Below, piece after piece: positions 47,847 to 58,893 of a stretch of DNA of 64,000 nucleotides. The notes below the pieces were generated by a model. It searched no databases. It was not told the origin of the DNA and saw only the letters and a program-made list of their open reading frames with translations. Positions within the stretch are counted from its first letter, which is position 1, and every line of letters starts with the position of its first letter. Made by a program: the position numbers and the translations under genes. The DNA comes from Gemmatimonadota bacterium (GTDB taxonomy: Bacteria; Gemmatimonadota; Gemmatimonadetes; Gemmatimonadales; GWC2-71-9): the NCBI GenBank assembly GCA_009692115.1, contig SHZU01000001.1, positions 421,598-485,597 of the forward strand, in the 5' to 3' direction.

Positions 47847-48760
47847 TCCCCTCCGCGCTGATCCTGCTCGGACTCCTCGAGCCCGGATCCGATTCCGTCC
47901 TGGCCCGGACTAAGCAGGTCGCCGCCAAGCACGCCGACACCAGCGCCGCCCGAGCCCAAGGATTCGGCCCCCTGCAGATCGGGCGGATCGCCGACCTGAC
48001 GCCGTTCCAGGGACAACACTGGCTCCACCGGTGGCGGGTGTTCAGCGGCTCACCCGACCTCGCAAGCCCGAGCTTCGTGATGTTCGCGCCGGTCGACGGC
48101 GTCTGGCGCCCGGCCGGCTTGGCCTATACCCGGCGAATGACGCGGGGCGCCCGGTTGCCGGACGACCTGGCCGGCACCAAGGCGCCCTGGCATCTCCATC
48201 AGCCCTGCGCCGTGGTCCCCGGTGAAGGCGAAGCGCTCGCGGACGGTGAGGCCGATTGTCTCGCCCGCGGCGGCGCCCCGCGGCAACCCGAAATCACCAT
48301 GGTCCACGCCTGGACGATCCCAAATCCGGAAGGGCCGTTCGCGCACGACAACGTGGCTTTGCCCTACTGGGTCACCGGGCTCAAACTTCCCGTTGCGGCC
48401 GATCTCTCGACGCCGAGCCGGGCCCGTCGTACCCGGGCGCTCGGCCTCGCCCTCGGCGAATCGTTCGGCGCGATTATGCCCTACGCCCGCCTGGTCGAGG
48501 CGGCCACCACCTTGCCGGGGCTCGCCGATTCACTCGCCGTGCACCGCGCCGCCATCCGAGCATTGGTGCCCAAACTTCGAACCGCCGACCAGTCCGGCAA
48601 TCGAGCCGCCCGAAATGCCCTGGCCGACCAGTTGATCGGCGAGTTGGACGCGCTTCGGCGGTGGTATGCGGCCGGCGCGCCAAGTCCGGCCATCAAGTCG
48701 CAGCTTGAACGTCAGTACGGGCGGGCGCTCGGCGAAGCGCCCGGTCACCACATGCACTAG
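47843..48760 (+). CDS. Hypothetical protein, translationally coupled to the CocE/NonD gene
   Basis: ATG 47843 overlaps the upstream stop (ATGA). 305 aa with a hydrophobic N-terminus. His/Trp motifs QGQHWLHRW, WHLHQPC and MVHAW, and a helical Ala/Arg-rich C-terminal third. I recognised no family. Confidence 0.45.
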   Translation: MIPSALILLGLLEPGSDSVLARTKQVAAKHADTSAARAQGFGPLQIGRIADLTPFQGQHWLHRWRVFSGSPDLASPSFVMFAPVDGVWRPAGLAYTRRMTRGARLPDDLAGTKAPWHLHQPCAVVPGEGEALADGEADCLARGGAPRQPEITMVHAWTIPNPEGPFAHDNVALPYWVTGLKLPVAADLSTPSRARRTRALGLALGESFGAIMPYARLVEAATTLPGLADSLAVHRAAIRALVPKLRTADQSGNRAARNALADQLIGELDALRRWYAAGAPSPAIKSQLERQYGRALGEAPGHHMH

Positions 48761-48823
48761 CTAAACCGGGGGGCCGACGAAGTCTATGAACCAAGCAACG
48801 GGCGTCTCGCGCCGACTGGAAGC

Positions 48824-49364
48824 ATGACCGTGGCCCGGGAAAGTCATGCGGCGGTGCGGCTCCAGGACGGCCGGGTCCTGATCGTGGGCGGCCATCACCT
48901 TGTACACCTCGGCCGAGACCTATGATCCGGCCTCCGGCACCTTCCGTCACGTGGGCGACATGCTGGCCCGGCGTCACAAACACGACGTCGGGCTGCTTCG
49001 CGATGGTCGGGTGCTGATTACCGGGGGAGCTGACGAGCGCGACAGGGGGGGCTACCGAACCACAGCACTATTCGAGCCCCGAACCGGCGTCTTCACGGCC
49101 GGCCCGGATCTGCAGCGCCCCCGGTACAAACACCAAGGCACCGGGGTGCTATTGCCGAATGGCCAGGTGCTGTTGGCGGGTGGCGCACCGGACGCGGAGA
49201 CCTACGAACCGGGCAGTCGGACCTTCACGATCGTGGTCGGCGACGTCCGGATGGCCGGCCAGTTCTCGGCGGTGGCCCCGCTCAAAGGCGGCGGGGCGCT
49301 GGTCACCGGCGGTTACGGAAACGGGACCGGCCCACGGGCGGCGGCCTGGGTGTTCCGCCCGTGA
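48824..49364 (+). pseudogene. Kelch-repeat protein fragment, frameshifted
   Basis: MTVARESHAAVRLQDGRVLIVGGHH runs from 48824 and stops at 48930. It continues in the +1 frame as LYTSAETYDPASGTF...DGRVLITGG...NGQVLLAGG...GGALVTGG (ORF 48900..49364). Only about 4 blades are present, too few for a closed propeller. Confidence 0.45.
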
Positions 49365-49380
49365 GCCCTGGAACCCCTGC

Positions 49381-50922
49381 CTAACGGGAGTCCGCTTTCC
49401 TGGTAAATACCGTGCCCTCCGCATAGGGCGTCGCGAAGGGCGGCCCCCGCATTTCGAGCGCGGCCACCTTCGCGTTCGGATCGACCCGGAAGATCGCGAA
49501 GCTGTTGATCTCCGGGGTCCGATTCGTGTTCCAGATCACCCCGTGGGTATCGAGGTGCCAGTGCTCGAGCTTGGCCGATTGCTCGGCGCTCCGCTTGAGG
49601 ACCAATCCGCCGCCCTCCTGCTCGATCCGAAGCTCCCCGTAGAAGGGATTGTCGTAGACCCCGACGTACCGGTCGAGCGCCAACGACGGCTTGGTGCCCG
49701 TCACCCGCTGGGACACCAAGGTGGCGCGAATCGAATCGCTCAGCTGCCGCTGCTGCTTGGCCTGGGTCAGGTAGAGCCCGCTCCAGTCGCGGTCCGGGGC
49801 CCCGATGAACCGGTCGAGGATCTTGAACGGGAGCGCGTTCTGGAGATTCTGCCCGTCGGTGTTGGTGAGCACTACGACCCCGACGTCGGCTTCCGGAAGC
49901 CACGCCATCTGGGACAACATCCCGTCGATCCCGCCGCCGTGGGACACCAGCAGCTTCCCGTAGTAGTCACGAAGCCAGAGGCCGAGGCCGTAGGTGTCGA
50001 AGTGAACCATCGGGAGGAGCGTGTCGCGGCCTGAGCTCGCGATCATCTGCGAGGTCTCCATCTGGTCCTGGAATCGCTTGCTGAGGAGTTGCTTGCCCCC
50101 GTACCGCCCATCGCGGAGATGGAACCGGAGGTACTGCCCCATCTCGGCGACGTTGGAGTAGATCGAACCGGCCGGGGCCACATTGTCGAGGTTCCGGTGG
50201 TTGATCGGGACCGGCTTACCATCGACCAGCGCGTGCGGCCGGGCGACGTCGGGGCCGGTCAGTTCTTTGGTGCTCGTCACGCTGGTCGTCATGCCGAGCG
50301 GGGTGAAGATCCGCTGCCGAACGAAGGAGTCCCAGGTCGTGCCGGCCACCTTGCCAGCGATTTGGCCCGCGGCAAGGAAATTGATGTTGTTGTAGCCGAA
50401 GGTCGAGCGGAAACTGGTGGCCGGCGGCTGTTGCAGGGTCCGGCGGAGAATCTCGTCCCGCCCAAAGCCACTTCCCATCCAGACCGCATCACCCCGGAAA
50501 TAGCCGCTCCGGTGGGTGACCAGATCGCGGATCGTCAACTCCCGGGTGATGTAGGGATCGGACATCGCAAAGTCCGGGAGGTACTTCATCATCTTGTCGT
50601 CGAGGCTCAACTTCTTCTCGTCCTGCAACATCCCGAGGGCCACAACCGTGAACGACTTCGAATTGGAGCCGATGGCAAACAGGGTCCGGGCGTCGACCTG
50701 GTCCGGCTTGCCGACTTCGCGGACGCCGAAGCCCTTGGCGTAGATCACCGAATCGCCCTTGACGATGGCCACGGCGAGGCCGGCCACCCCCCAATCTTGT
50801 CGCGCCTTGTCGATATAAGCGTCGAGGCCGCGAAGGGGGTCGGGTTGCTGGGCGGCGGCCGGCGCGGCCGACACGAGGAGCAACGCCACCGTGGCGGCAG
50901 AGAATCTGAAGGGGATCGGCAT
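49381..50922 (-). CDS. Serine hydrolase, beta-lactamase family, secreted
   Basis: Signal peptide MPIPFRFSAATVALLLVSAAPAAAQ. SNSKSFT (SxxK), YNNINF, HGGGIDG. Confidence 0.85.
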   Translation of the reverse strand: MPIPFRFSAATVALLLVSAAPAAAQQPDPLRGLDAYIDKARQDWGVAGLAVAIVKGDSVIYAKGFGVREVGKPDQVDARTLFAIGSNSKSFTVVALGMLQDEKKLSLDDKMMKYLPDFAMSDPYITRELTIRDLVTHRSGYFRGDAVWMGSGFGRDEILRRTLQQPPATSFRSTFGYNNINFLAAGQIAGKVAGTTWDSFVRQRIFTPLGMTTSVTSTKELTGPDVARPHALVDGKPVPINHRNLDNVAPAGSIYSNVAEMGQYLRFHLRDGRYGGKQLLSKRFQDQMETSQMIASSGRDTLLPMVHFDTYGLGLWLRDYYGKLLVSHGGGIDGMLSQMAWLPEADVGVVVLTNTDGQNLQNALPFKILDRFIGAPDRDWSGLYLTQAKQQRQLSDSIRATLVSQRVTGTKPSLALDRYVGVYDNPFYGELRIEQEGGGLVLKRSAEQSAKLEHWHLDTHGVIWNTNRTPEINSFAIFRVDPNAKVAALEMRGPPFATPYAEGTVFTRKADSR

Positions 50923-50959
50923 GGTCAGGTCCTGGTTTGGGCGAGTGTTGATCGGTAAC

Positions 50960-51394
50960 TTAGACCCGCTCGTCGTCAGCGCGCCAGTTCTTCACGGCGC
51001 GCTTGATGTCGGTGGGCTTGGCAAATTCACCCGCCAAGGTCCGGCGGACGAGGTCGGCAAGCTCGCCATCCGACGCAAACCGAAGGGCGACGAACTGCGG
51101 CAGCCGCAGTTCACTCAGGCGGCCCTTGAGGTCGTCCGGCAGCACGCGGTTCATCCGCTCCCGTTCCTCCGCTCGGATCACCCGATCCTGGGCCTTGACC
51201 GCAAACACCCTGGCAAAGAACGCGGTCAGGAACAACGCCACCGCCGAGACGACCTGCACCGCGGACGCCAGCGAGAAGGCCGTCACCAGCTGTCGTACCG
51301 ACCAGACCAGCACGATGAAGATCAGCAGGAACAGTCCCCGGTGAAACAGGGGCACCATCTTGGAGTGATTGGAGAAATTCTGCGGCTCGGCCAT
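50960..51394 (-). CDS. Hypothetical two-TM membrane protein
   Basis: 144 aa. NHSKMVPLFHRGLFLLIFIVLVW plus a second TM, then a charged C-terminal domain. The family is not firmly recognised. Confidence 0.45.
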   Translation of the reverse strand: MAEPQNFSNHSKMVPLFHRGLFLLIFIVLVWSVRQLVTAFSLASAVQVVSAVALFLTAFFARVFAVKAQDRVIRAEERERMNRVLPDDLKGRLSELRLPQFVALRFASDGELADLVRRTLAGEFAKPTDIKRAVKNWRADDERV

Positions 51395-51543
51395 CGGATA
51401 CCCCAGGGCAATGGATACAGGACAGGGAATACAGGTATTTACGCCTGAACCCTCCTGGCGGCAATCCCCGGGTGGAGGCCATTGGCGCGGAGCCCGGGTT
51501 GGCGCTACCTCTAGTCACCCTTTCCCCAACCGGTCACCTCTTG

Positions 51544-52269
51544 ATGCATCCAGTTTTTGCGGAAGCAGTCGGCACGATGATCCTCGTGCTCCTTGGCAAC
51601 GGCGTCGTGGCCAACGTGGTACTCCAGAAAACCAAGGGCCAGAACAGCGGCTGGATCGTGATCACGGCCGGCTGGGCGGCGGCGGTGACCGTCGCGGTCT
51701 ATCTCGTGGGTTCGATCAGCGGCGCCCACCTCAATCCGGCCGTGACCGTCGCGCTCGCCGCGCTCGGCCGGTTTCCGTGGGATCAGGTCCCCCTCTATGT
51801 CGGCGCCCAGATCGTCGGGGCGTTCGTCGGCGCGGTGCTGGTGTGGCTGGCCTACCTGCCCCATTGGGCCGCCACCGACAATGCCGCCGACAAGCTCGCG
51901 GTGTTCAGCACCGGACCCGCCATCCGGCACCAGGGGGCCAACTTCGCGGCGGAAGTGATCGCCACCTTCGTGCTGATGCTCGGGCTCCTCGCCATCATGC
52001 GACCCGAGAACCTGGTGCCGAACACCGGGTTCGACAAAGGCTTCTCGCCGTTCTTGGTGGGGCTCCTGGTGGCGTCCGTCGGGATGTCGCTGGGCGGCGC
52101 CACCGGCTACGCCATCAACCCGGCCCGCGACCTGGGCCCCCGGATCGCCCACGCCCTGCTCCCGATTCCCGGCAAGGGCTCGAGCGACTGGGGCTACGCC
52201 TGGATCCCGATCGCCGGCCCGATCGTCGGCGCGGTGCTTGGTGCCGTGTTCTTCAATCTCCACTGGTGA
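51544..52269 (+). CDS. glpF: Aquaglyceroporin / glycerol uptake facilitator (MIP family)
   Basis: ATG 51544. Two NPA boxes (HLNPAVTVA, INPARDLGPR). Lies directly upstream of glpK. Confidence 0.9.
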   Translation: MHPVFAEAVGTMILVLLGNGVVANVVLQKTKGQNSGWIVITAGWAAAVTVAVYLVGSISGAHLNPAVTVALAALGRFPWDQVPLYVGAQIVGAFVGAVLVWLAYLPHWAATDNAADKLAVFSTGPAIRHQGANFAAEVIATFVLMLGLLAIMRPENLVPNTGFDKGFSPFLVGLLVASVGMSLGGATGYAINPARDLGPRIAHALLPIPGKGSSDWGYAWIPIAGPIVGAVLGAVFFNLHW

Positions 52270-52284
52270 ACGGGACCACCCTCG

Positions 52285-53772
<1,488 letters not shown>

Positions 53773-53886
53773 GGATGCGTCGGCACTTCGCGGGACTCGG
53801 TGCCCTGTGCCTCTTGCTTGGCACGGCGCCTTTGGCGGCCCAGGAGCAATCCGACATTTTCCTCGGCCGGGTCACCGATTCACTGG

Positions 53887-54349
53887 GCACGACCGTGGTG
53901 GCGGCAATGCCGAGCGCGAGCGAGCTCGCCGTCATCAGCGCGAAGCCGGGCCGTTTGAGTAGCCCGCGAACTCCGTACCGAACATCCTGGAACAACCCGT
54001 CGAAGAGAAATGACAGTTTCATGCCTTGGCCTCTGTTTTTCTCGATCCGGTGCAGGGTCGCCCGGATTCTGGTGCGATCGCCGAAGCGCCGCTGGGCCTC
54101 GAGCTTGGCCGCCTCGGCCGAGAGCCCGCGTTCTTGGAGCTCAGCGGCCCGCATGTCGACGTGGAAGGCAAGCTCGTCATCGACGTCACGGTGGAAGCGA
54201 GTGGTGGGATACCGCCAGTAGCGCTGCCACCCGGCGTCCTCTTCGATCCACCACATCACGCCGTAGCCGTGAGTGGCCCGCGACGCGAGTGCCTCCATGA
54301 TCAACAAATGAACGGTGCCCTTGAGCATCGGAACCGAATCACCCGCCAT
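53887..54349 (-). pseudogene. Chimeric remnant: PadR-type regulator N-terminus fused to the 'permease prefix' and first TM of an ADOP/MacB-like ABC permease
   Basis: MLKGTVHLLIMEALASRATHGYGV (PadR winged-helix start) runs directly into WQRYWRY...FHRDVDDELAFHVDMRAAELQERGLSAEAAKLEAQRRFGD...FQDVRYGVRGLLKRPGFALMTASSLALGIAATTVV (permease prefix plus TM1). Recognisable sequence then ends, and the ORF tail overlaps the glpK 3' end. Confidence 0.55.
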
Positions 54350-54417
54350 GGCCTCTCCCTCTGAAGTACTAGGGGAAGCCATGACCCTTCCCCTAGTAGT
54401 GCAAGGGGTCGGCCAGC

Positions 54418-55353
54418 TTAGCGACTCGTGCCGTCAACCGACCGGAGGAAATCCCGCACCGCCCCGAGCAGGAACTCGGGGTTGTCGTTCTGGGACAGAT
54501 GCCCGCTCCCGGGGATCACCTTGAACAGAGCACCCGGGATCAGTTTCGAAAACCGTTCGGTCGACGCGGGCGTCGCTTCGTCGAACTCACCGGCCAGGAA
54601 GAACGCCGGGGCCGTGATGCCCTTGAGCCACTCGGTGCCGTCGAAGTGCTTGAGGGTGCCGGTCGCCGTGAACTCGCTCGGCCCCCACATATAGGAATAG
54701 ACGAGGTCGCCGTGGCTACTGGTGTCGGCCCCCGGAATATCGAGAGGCTTCCGGTAAAGGAACTGCCGGTAGTATGCGAGCACGGCCGCCTGGTAGGCCG
54801 GCGAATCGGTGGTGTGATTGGTTTCGTGGGTCGCGATGGCCTGTTGCGTCGAATCCGGAAGCGTCTTGATCAGCGAATCGGCGTCCTGTTCCCACTGGGC
54901 CGTCGTGACGAGCGGGCTCAGGAAGGTCACGCTCTTGACCCCCGTTGGATTCGTGCCCATGTAGGCCTGGAGTAGCATCGCGCCCCAGGACTGCCCCAGG
55001 AGGTGGACTTCCGTGAGGCCAAGGGAATCACGAAGCGCTTGAAGCTCCTGGACCGCGCGATCGACCGTGAAGAGCGTCGTGTCGGTGGGATGATCCGCCT
55101 TGCCGGCGCCGAGTTGGTCGTACCGGATCACCGGCCGTTCGTCCCCCAAGGCCCCGAACGGCTTATCGCCGTAGCTCCCCGAGCCGGGACCGCCGTGGAT
55201 CACGACCAGGGGAATGCCGGGACCGTTGCCCATCCGAGCATAGTAGATCTTGCCGCCCGGAACGGACACGAAGCCCTCGATGGGCGGCAGGGGTTTCGTG
55301 CAGCTCGATGCCAGACCGAACAGCGCGAACGTCAGGACGTACCGGTGAATCAT
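54418..55353 (-). CDS. Alpha/beta hydrolase, proline iminopeptidase family, probable lipoprotein
   Basis: ATG 55353 gives MIHRYVLTFALFGLASSC (lipobox). Motifs HGGPGSG, GQSWGA (GxSxG), and the GSGH catalytic His region. Confidence 0.8.
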   Translation of the reverse strand: MIHRYVLTFALFGLASSCTKPLPPIEGFVSVPGGKIYYARMGNGPGIPLVVIHGGPGSGSYGDKPFGALGDERPVIRYDQLGAGKADHPTDTTLFTVDRAVQELQALRDSLGLTEVHLLGQSWGAMLLQAYMGTNPTGVKSVTFLSPLVTTAQWEQDADSLIKTLPDSTQQAIATHETNHTTDSPAYQAAVLAYYRQFLYRKPLDIPGADTSSHGDLVYSYMWGPSEFTATGTLKHFDGTEWLKGITAPAFFLAGEFDEATPASTERFSKLIPGALFKVIPGSGHLSQNDNPEFLLGAVRDFLRSVDGTSR

Positions 55354-55419
55354 CAGGGCTCCAGCGCGAGGTTCCGCAAAGGTAGCGAGTTGCGTAACCA
55401 CCTGGGCCTGACGTAGCCT

Positions 55420-55680
55420 ATGAGCATGCCTGACGCCGTTCCGCCCGCGGTCATTACCGTCTCCCACCTCGGGAAGCGATACGGCGCCACGGTGGCGGTA
55501 GACGACGTGTCACTGACGGTGCTCCAGGGCGAAATCTTCGGACTGATCGGTCCGAACGGCGCCGGCAAAACCACCACGATGGAATGCGTCCACGGCCTCC
55601 GGAAACCGGACCGCGGCACCATCTCCGTACTGGGCCTCGATCCGGGGCGCGATGCGACGGCGCTTCGGCAACGAGAGTCT
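55420..55680 (+). pseudogene. ABC-transporter ATPase stub (Walker A only), in frame with the following DinB gene
   Basis: ITVSHLGKRYGATVAVDDVSLTVLQGEIFGLIGPNGAGKTTTMECVHGLRKPDRGTISVLGLD, then homology stops. No Q-loop, signature motif or Walker B. Confidence 0.55.
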
Positions 55681-55698
55681 TCCGATGGGAGTATATCG

Positions 55699-56220
55699 AT
55701 GGCCGACGCGCGTGACTACCTGAACCGCCAATTCGACACGGCCTGGCAGTTGACGAGCTTCCACCTCGACGGCCTGACGACCGAGGAATGCCTCTGGCGC
55801 CCTGCCCGCGAGGGCTTACACGTCCACCGCGATTCCGACGGAACCTGGCGCGCCGATTGGCCCGATCGCGAAACCTATGACCTCGGCCCGCCCAGCATCG
55901 GATGGATAACCTGGCACCTCGGTTTCTGGTGGTCCATGGCGCTTGACCATTCGTTCGGCCCCGGGACTCTCACCCGCGAAGATGTCCACTGGCCCGGCAC
56001 GGCCGAAGGCGTCCGCGAGTGGGTGGCCGGACTGGAGAAGCAGTGGCGGGCGCGCCTCTTTGAGATGACCGACGACGACCTCCGATCGACGCGGCGGACC
56101 CGATGGCCGTTCCAGGATCGTCCGTTCGGCGACGTCGTTGCCTGGGCCAACGTTGAACTCACCAAGAACGCCGCTGAGATCGGCTACGCACGCTTCCTCT
56201 TTGCCGTTTGCGGCCGGTAA
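55699..56220 (+). CDS. DinB-family protein
   Basis: Internal ATG 55699 gives MADARDYLNRQFDTAWQLTSFHLDGLTTEECLWRP...WITWHLGFWW...ELTKNAAEIGYARF. Confidence 0.65.
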   Translation: MADARDYLNRQFDTAWQLTSFHLDGLTTEECLWRPAREGLHVHRDSDGTWRADWPDRETYDLGPPSIGWITWHLGFWWSMALDHSFGPGTLTREDVHWPGTAEGVREWVAGLEKQWRARLFEMTDDDLRSTRRTRWPFQDRPFGDVVAWANVELTKNAAEIGYARFLFAVCGR

Positions 56221-56224
56221 TTCA

Positions 56225-57922
56225 ATGCTCTCGCTCGCCTTCGGATTCGTGGCCCTGACGGCCACGGCCCACCTCGCGCCGCCCGATTCGATCACGATCC
56301 AATTCGACGCCCGGATCCCGATGCGGGATGGTGTCACCCTCGCTGCCGACATTTACCGCCCCGCGAACCCGGGCCGCTACCCCGTCGTCCTGATGCGAAC
56401 GCCGTACAACAAGAACGGCGACGCCATCCTGAAAGAGGCCCGGGCCTTTGCGGGGCGAGGCTACGTCTACGTCGCGGTCGACGTCCGGGGCCGGGGTGAC
56501 TCCGACGGAGACTGGCGGCCCTACTTCTTCGAGGGAGACGACGGGTACGACGCGATCGAGTGGTGCGCCTCGCAGAGCTGGTCCACCGGAAAGATCGGCA
56601 CCATCGGCCGCTCCTACGTCGGCTACAACCAGTGGGTGGCCGCGGTCCGGAAACCGCCCCACTTGGCGGCCATCATCGCGCTGGCGCCGATGGCCGACCC
56701 GTTCGAAGACGTCTGGATCACCGGCCCGGGCGGCGTGCCGACGCCGACGATGATTTCCTGGTACCACCTCACGGCCCGGAACGTCATGCAGAACATGGAC
56801 GCCGTTGACTGGGACCGCCTCAACTGGCACCTCCCGCTCCTCACCATGGACGAGGCGGCGGGCCGGGGGCCGAACCCCCGATGGCGCGACATGATCACCC
56901 ACTCCACCCGTGACGCCTGGTGGGATCCGCTCCGCTACCAGAACCAATTCGACAAGGTCGACGTGCCCGCGCTGCACATTACCGGCTGGTACGACGACAC
57001 CCAACGCGCCACTCCGATGAACTATGTCGGGATGCGAACCCGCGGCGCCACGCCCGAAACCCGCGACCGGCAGAAACTCGTGATCGGTCCCTGGCCCCAC
57101 GCCATCAACTCGACCCGGAAGCTCGGCCGCCTCGACTTCGGACCGACCGCGGTGATCGACCTCTTTCAGCTCCAAGTCGACTGGTTCGATCGCTGGCTCA
57201 AAGGCAAGGCGCCCGCCAAGCCCGACCCGCGGGTGCACCTGTTCTCGATGCAAACCAACCGCTGGTTCACCGCCGACGACTGGCCGATCCCCGGCACCGT
57301 CTTCACCAAGCACTATCTCCGGGCCACCGGCCGGCTCACGACCACCGCACCGGGCGATGATCCGCCCGATCGCTACCGGTATGATCCCGCCAACCCGACA
57401 CCTTTCCTGACCGAACCATCGTTCGCCCAACTGGGCGGTCCGGACGACTACGCCAAGGCGGCGCTCCGGAAGGACCTGCTCAACTACACGACGGCCCGGT
57501 TCACGAAGCCGGCCCTGCTCTGCGGCCCGATCTCCGCCCGGATCTTCGCGGCCTCGTCGGCCGTTGACACTGATTTCATGGTCAAGCTGCTCGACGTCTG
57601 GCCTAACGGATATGTCCAACGGCTCAACGACGGGATGGTGCGGGCCCGGTTCCGGAATGGGTGGGAGCGTCCCGAACTGCTCGAGCCGGGCAAGGTCTAC
57701 CAGTACGACATCGACGTCTGGAGCACCTGCCAGACCGTGCTCCCGGGGCACCGGCTCCGGGTTGAAGTCGCCTCGGCCGCGTTCCCGAAGTTCGACCGGA
57801 ACCCGAACACCGGCGAGGCAATCGGGATGTCGGCCCGGATCCAAGCGGCCGACCAGACGATCTATCACGACCGGGAGCGCCCCTCGTACGTAATCCTTCC
57901 GTTCGTACCACCCCAGCGATAG
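56225..57922 (+). CDS. CocE/NonD family hydrolase, secreted
   Basis: ATG 56225 gives MLSLAFGFVALTATAHL. Motifs LMRTPYNK and GRSYVG, and C-terminal FPKFDRNPNTG. Confidence 0.85.
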   Translation: MLSLAFGFVALTATAHLAPPDSITIQFDARIPMRDGVTLAADIYRPANPGRYPVVLMRTPYNKNGDAILKEARAFAGRGYVYVAVDVRGRGDSDGDWRPYFFEGDDGYDAIEWCASQSWSTGKIGTIGRSYVGYNQWVAAVRKPPHLAAIIALAPMADPFEDVWITGPGGVPTPTMISWYHLTARNVMQNMDAVDWDRLNWHLPLLTMDEAAGRGPNPRWRDMITHSTRDAWWDPLRYQNQFDKVDVPALHITGWYDDTQRATPMNYVGMRTRGATPETRDRQKLVIGPWPHAINSTRKLGRLDFGPTAVIDLFQLQVDWFDRWLKGKAPAKPDPRVHLFSMQTNRWFTADDWPIPGTVFTKHYLRATGRLTTTAPGDDPPDRYRYDPANPTPFLTEPSFAQLGGPDDYAKAALRKDLLNYTTARFTKPALLCGPISARIFAASSAVDTDFMVKLLDVWPNGYVQRLNDGMVRARFRNGWERPELLEPGKVYQYDIDVWSTCQTVLPGHRLRVEVASAAFPKFDRNPNTGEAIGMSARIQAADQTIYHDRERPSYVILPFVPPQR

Positions 57923-57928
57923 GAGGAG

Positions 57929-58696
57929 ATGGCGAGCATGGCAGGCTCCGGAGCACTTGCGGGAAGAGTCGCCCTGATCACGGGGGCCGCCCAGGGCATG
58001 GGCCGGGCGGTGGCCGAGCGCTTGGCGGCCGAAGGAGCGACCCTGGTCCTGGCCGATCTTCGAGCGGACGGGCTCACGGCAGTAGAGACATCACTCCGGA
58101 AGCGGGGCCTTACGGCGCGGTCCACGGCACTCGACATCGCCGATCCAACACAGGTGGCCGCGCTGGTGGCCGGCATCTTGGCGGACCTGGGCCGGATCGA
58201 CATCCTCGTCAACGCGGCGGGCATCCTCCATCCCACCCGATTCGACGCCATGGACGTCGCCGAGTGGGACCGAGTCCTCAACGTGAACCTCCGGGGCACG
58301 TTCCTGGTGATGCACGCCGTCTATCCCCACATGAAGGCTCGGGCCCGAGGCAGTATCGTCAACTTTTCCTCGACGGCTGGGCTCACGGTCAGCACGCTCG
58401 GCGGCGCCCACTACACCGCGTCCAAACATGCGGTCATCGGCCTCACCAAGGCGGTCGCGGCGGAGGGCGGGCCCTTCGGCGTCCGGGTCAACGCGGTCTG
58501 CCCGGGCTTGATCGACACGGAGATGGTCCGGACCACGATCGCGCCGGACGACATCCGGCGATATGAGGCCGGGTTCCCGATCCACCGGCTCGGCAAGCCG
58601 GAGGAGGTGGCGGAACTGGTGCTGTTCCTTTGCTCGGACCGTTCCGCCTACATCACCGGCACCGCGATGAACATCAGCGGCGGCGACCTGCTGTAG
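57929..58696 (+). CDS. SDR family oxidoreductase
   Basis: RVALITGAAQGMGRAVA, NAAG, YTASKHAVIGL. Confidence 0.85.
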   Translation: MASMAGSGALAGRVALITGAAQGMGRAVAERLAAEGATLVLADLRADGLTAVETSLRKRGLTARSTALDIADPTQVAALVAGILADLGRIDILVNAAGILHPTRFDAMDVAEWDRVLNVNLRGTFLVMHAVYPHMKARARGSIVNFSSTAGLTVSTLGGAHYTASKHAVIGLTKAVAAEGGPFGVRVNAVCPGLIDTEMVRTTIAPDDIRRYEAGFPIHRLGKPEEVAELVLFLCSDRSAYITGTAMNISGGDLL

Positions 58697-58893
58697 CGAT
58701 GACGGTTGGCCGGTCGTTTTCTCCCACTGCTTGACAGCCACTCGTTCCGACCGACGTTTCGGTCATCCCACACCGAGGCTCGCCATGACGAACCGGTTTC
58801 CAACCCTTGCCGCCGCTGCTCTGGCCGCCGCGGCCAATCCAATGGCGGCCCGTCGAGACATGGTCATCGGATAGCTCCTCGTTTGCTCGTGGT

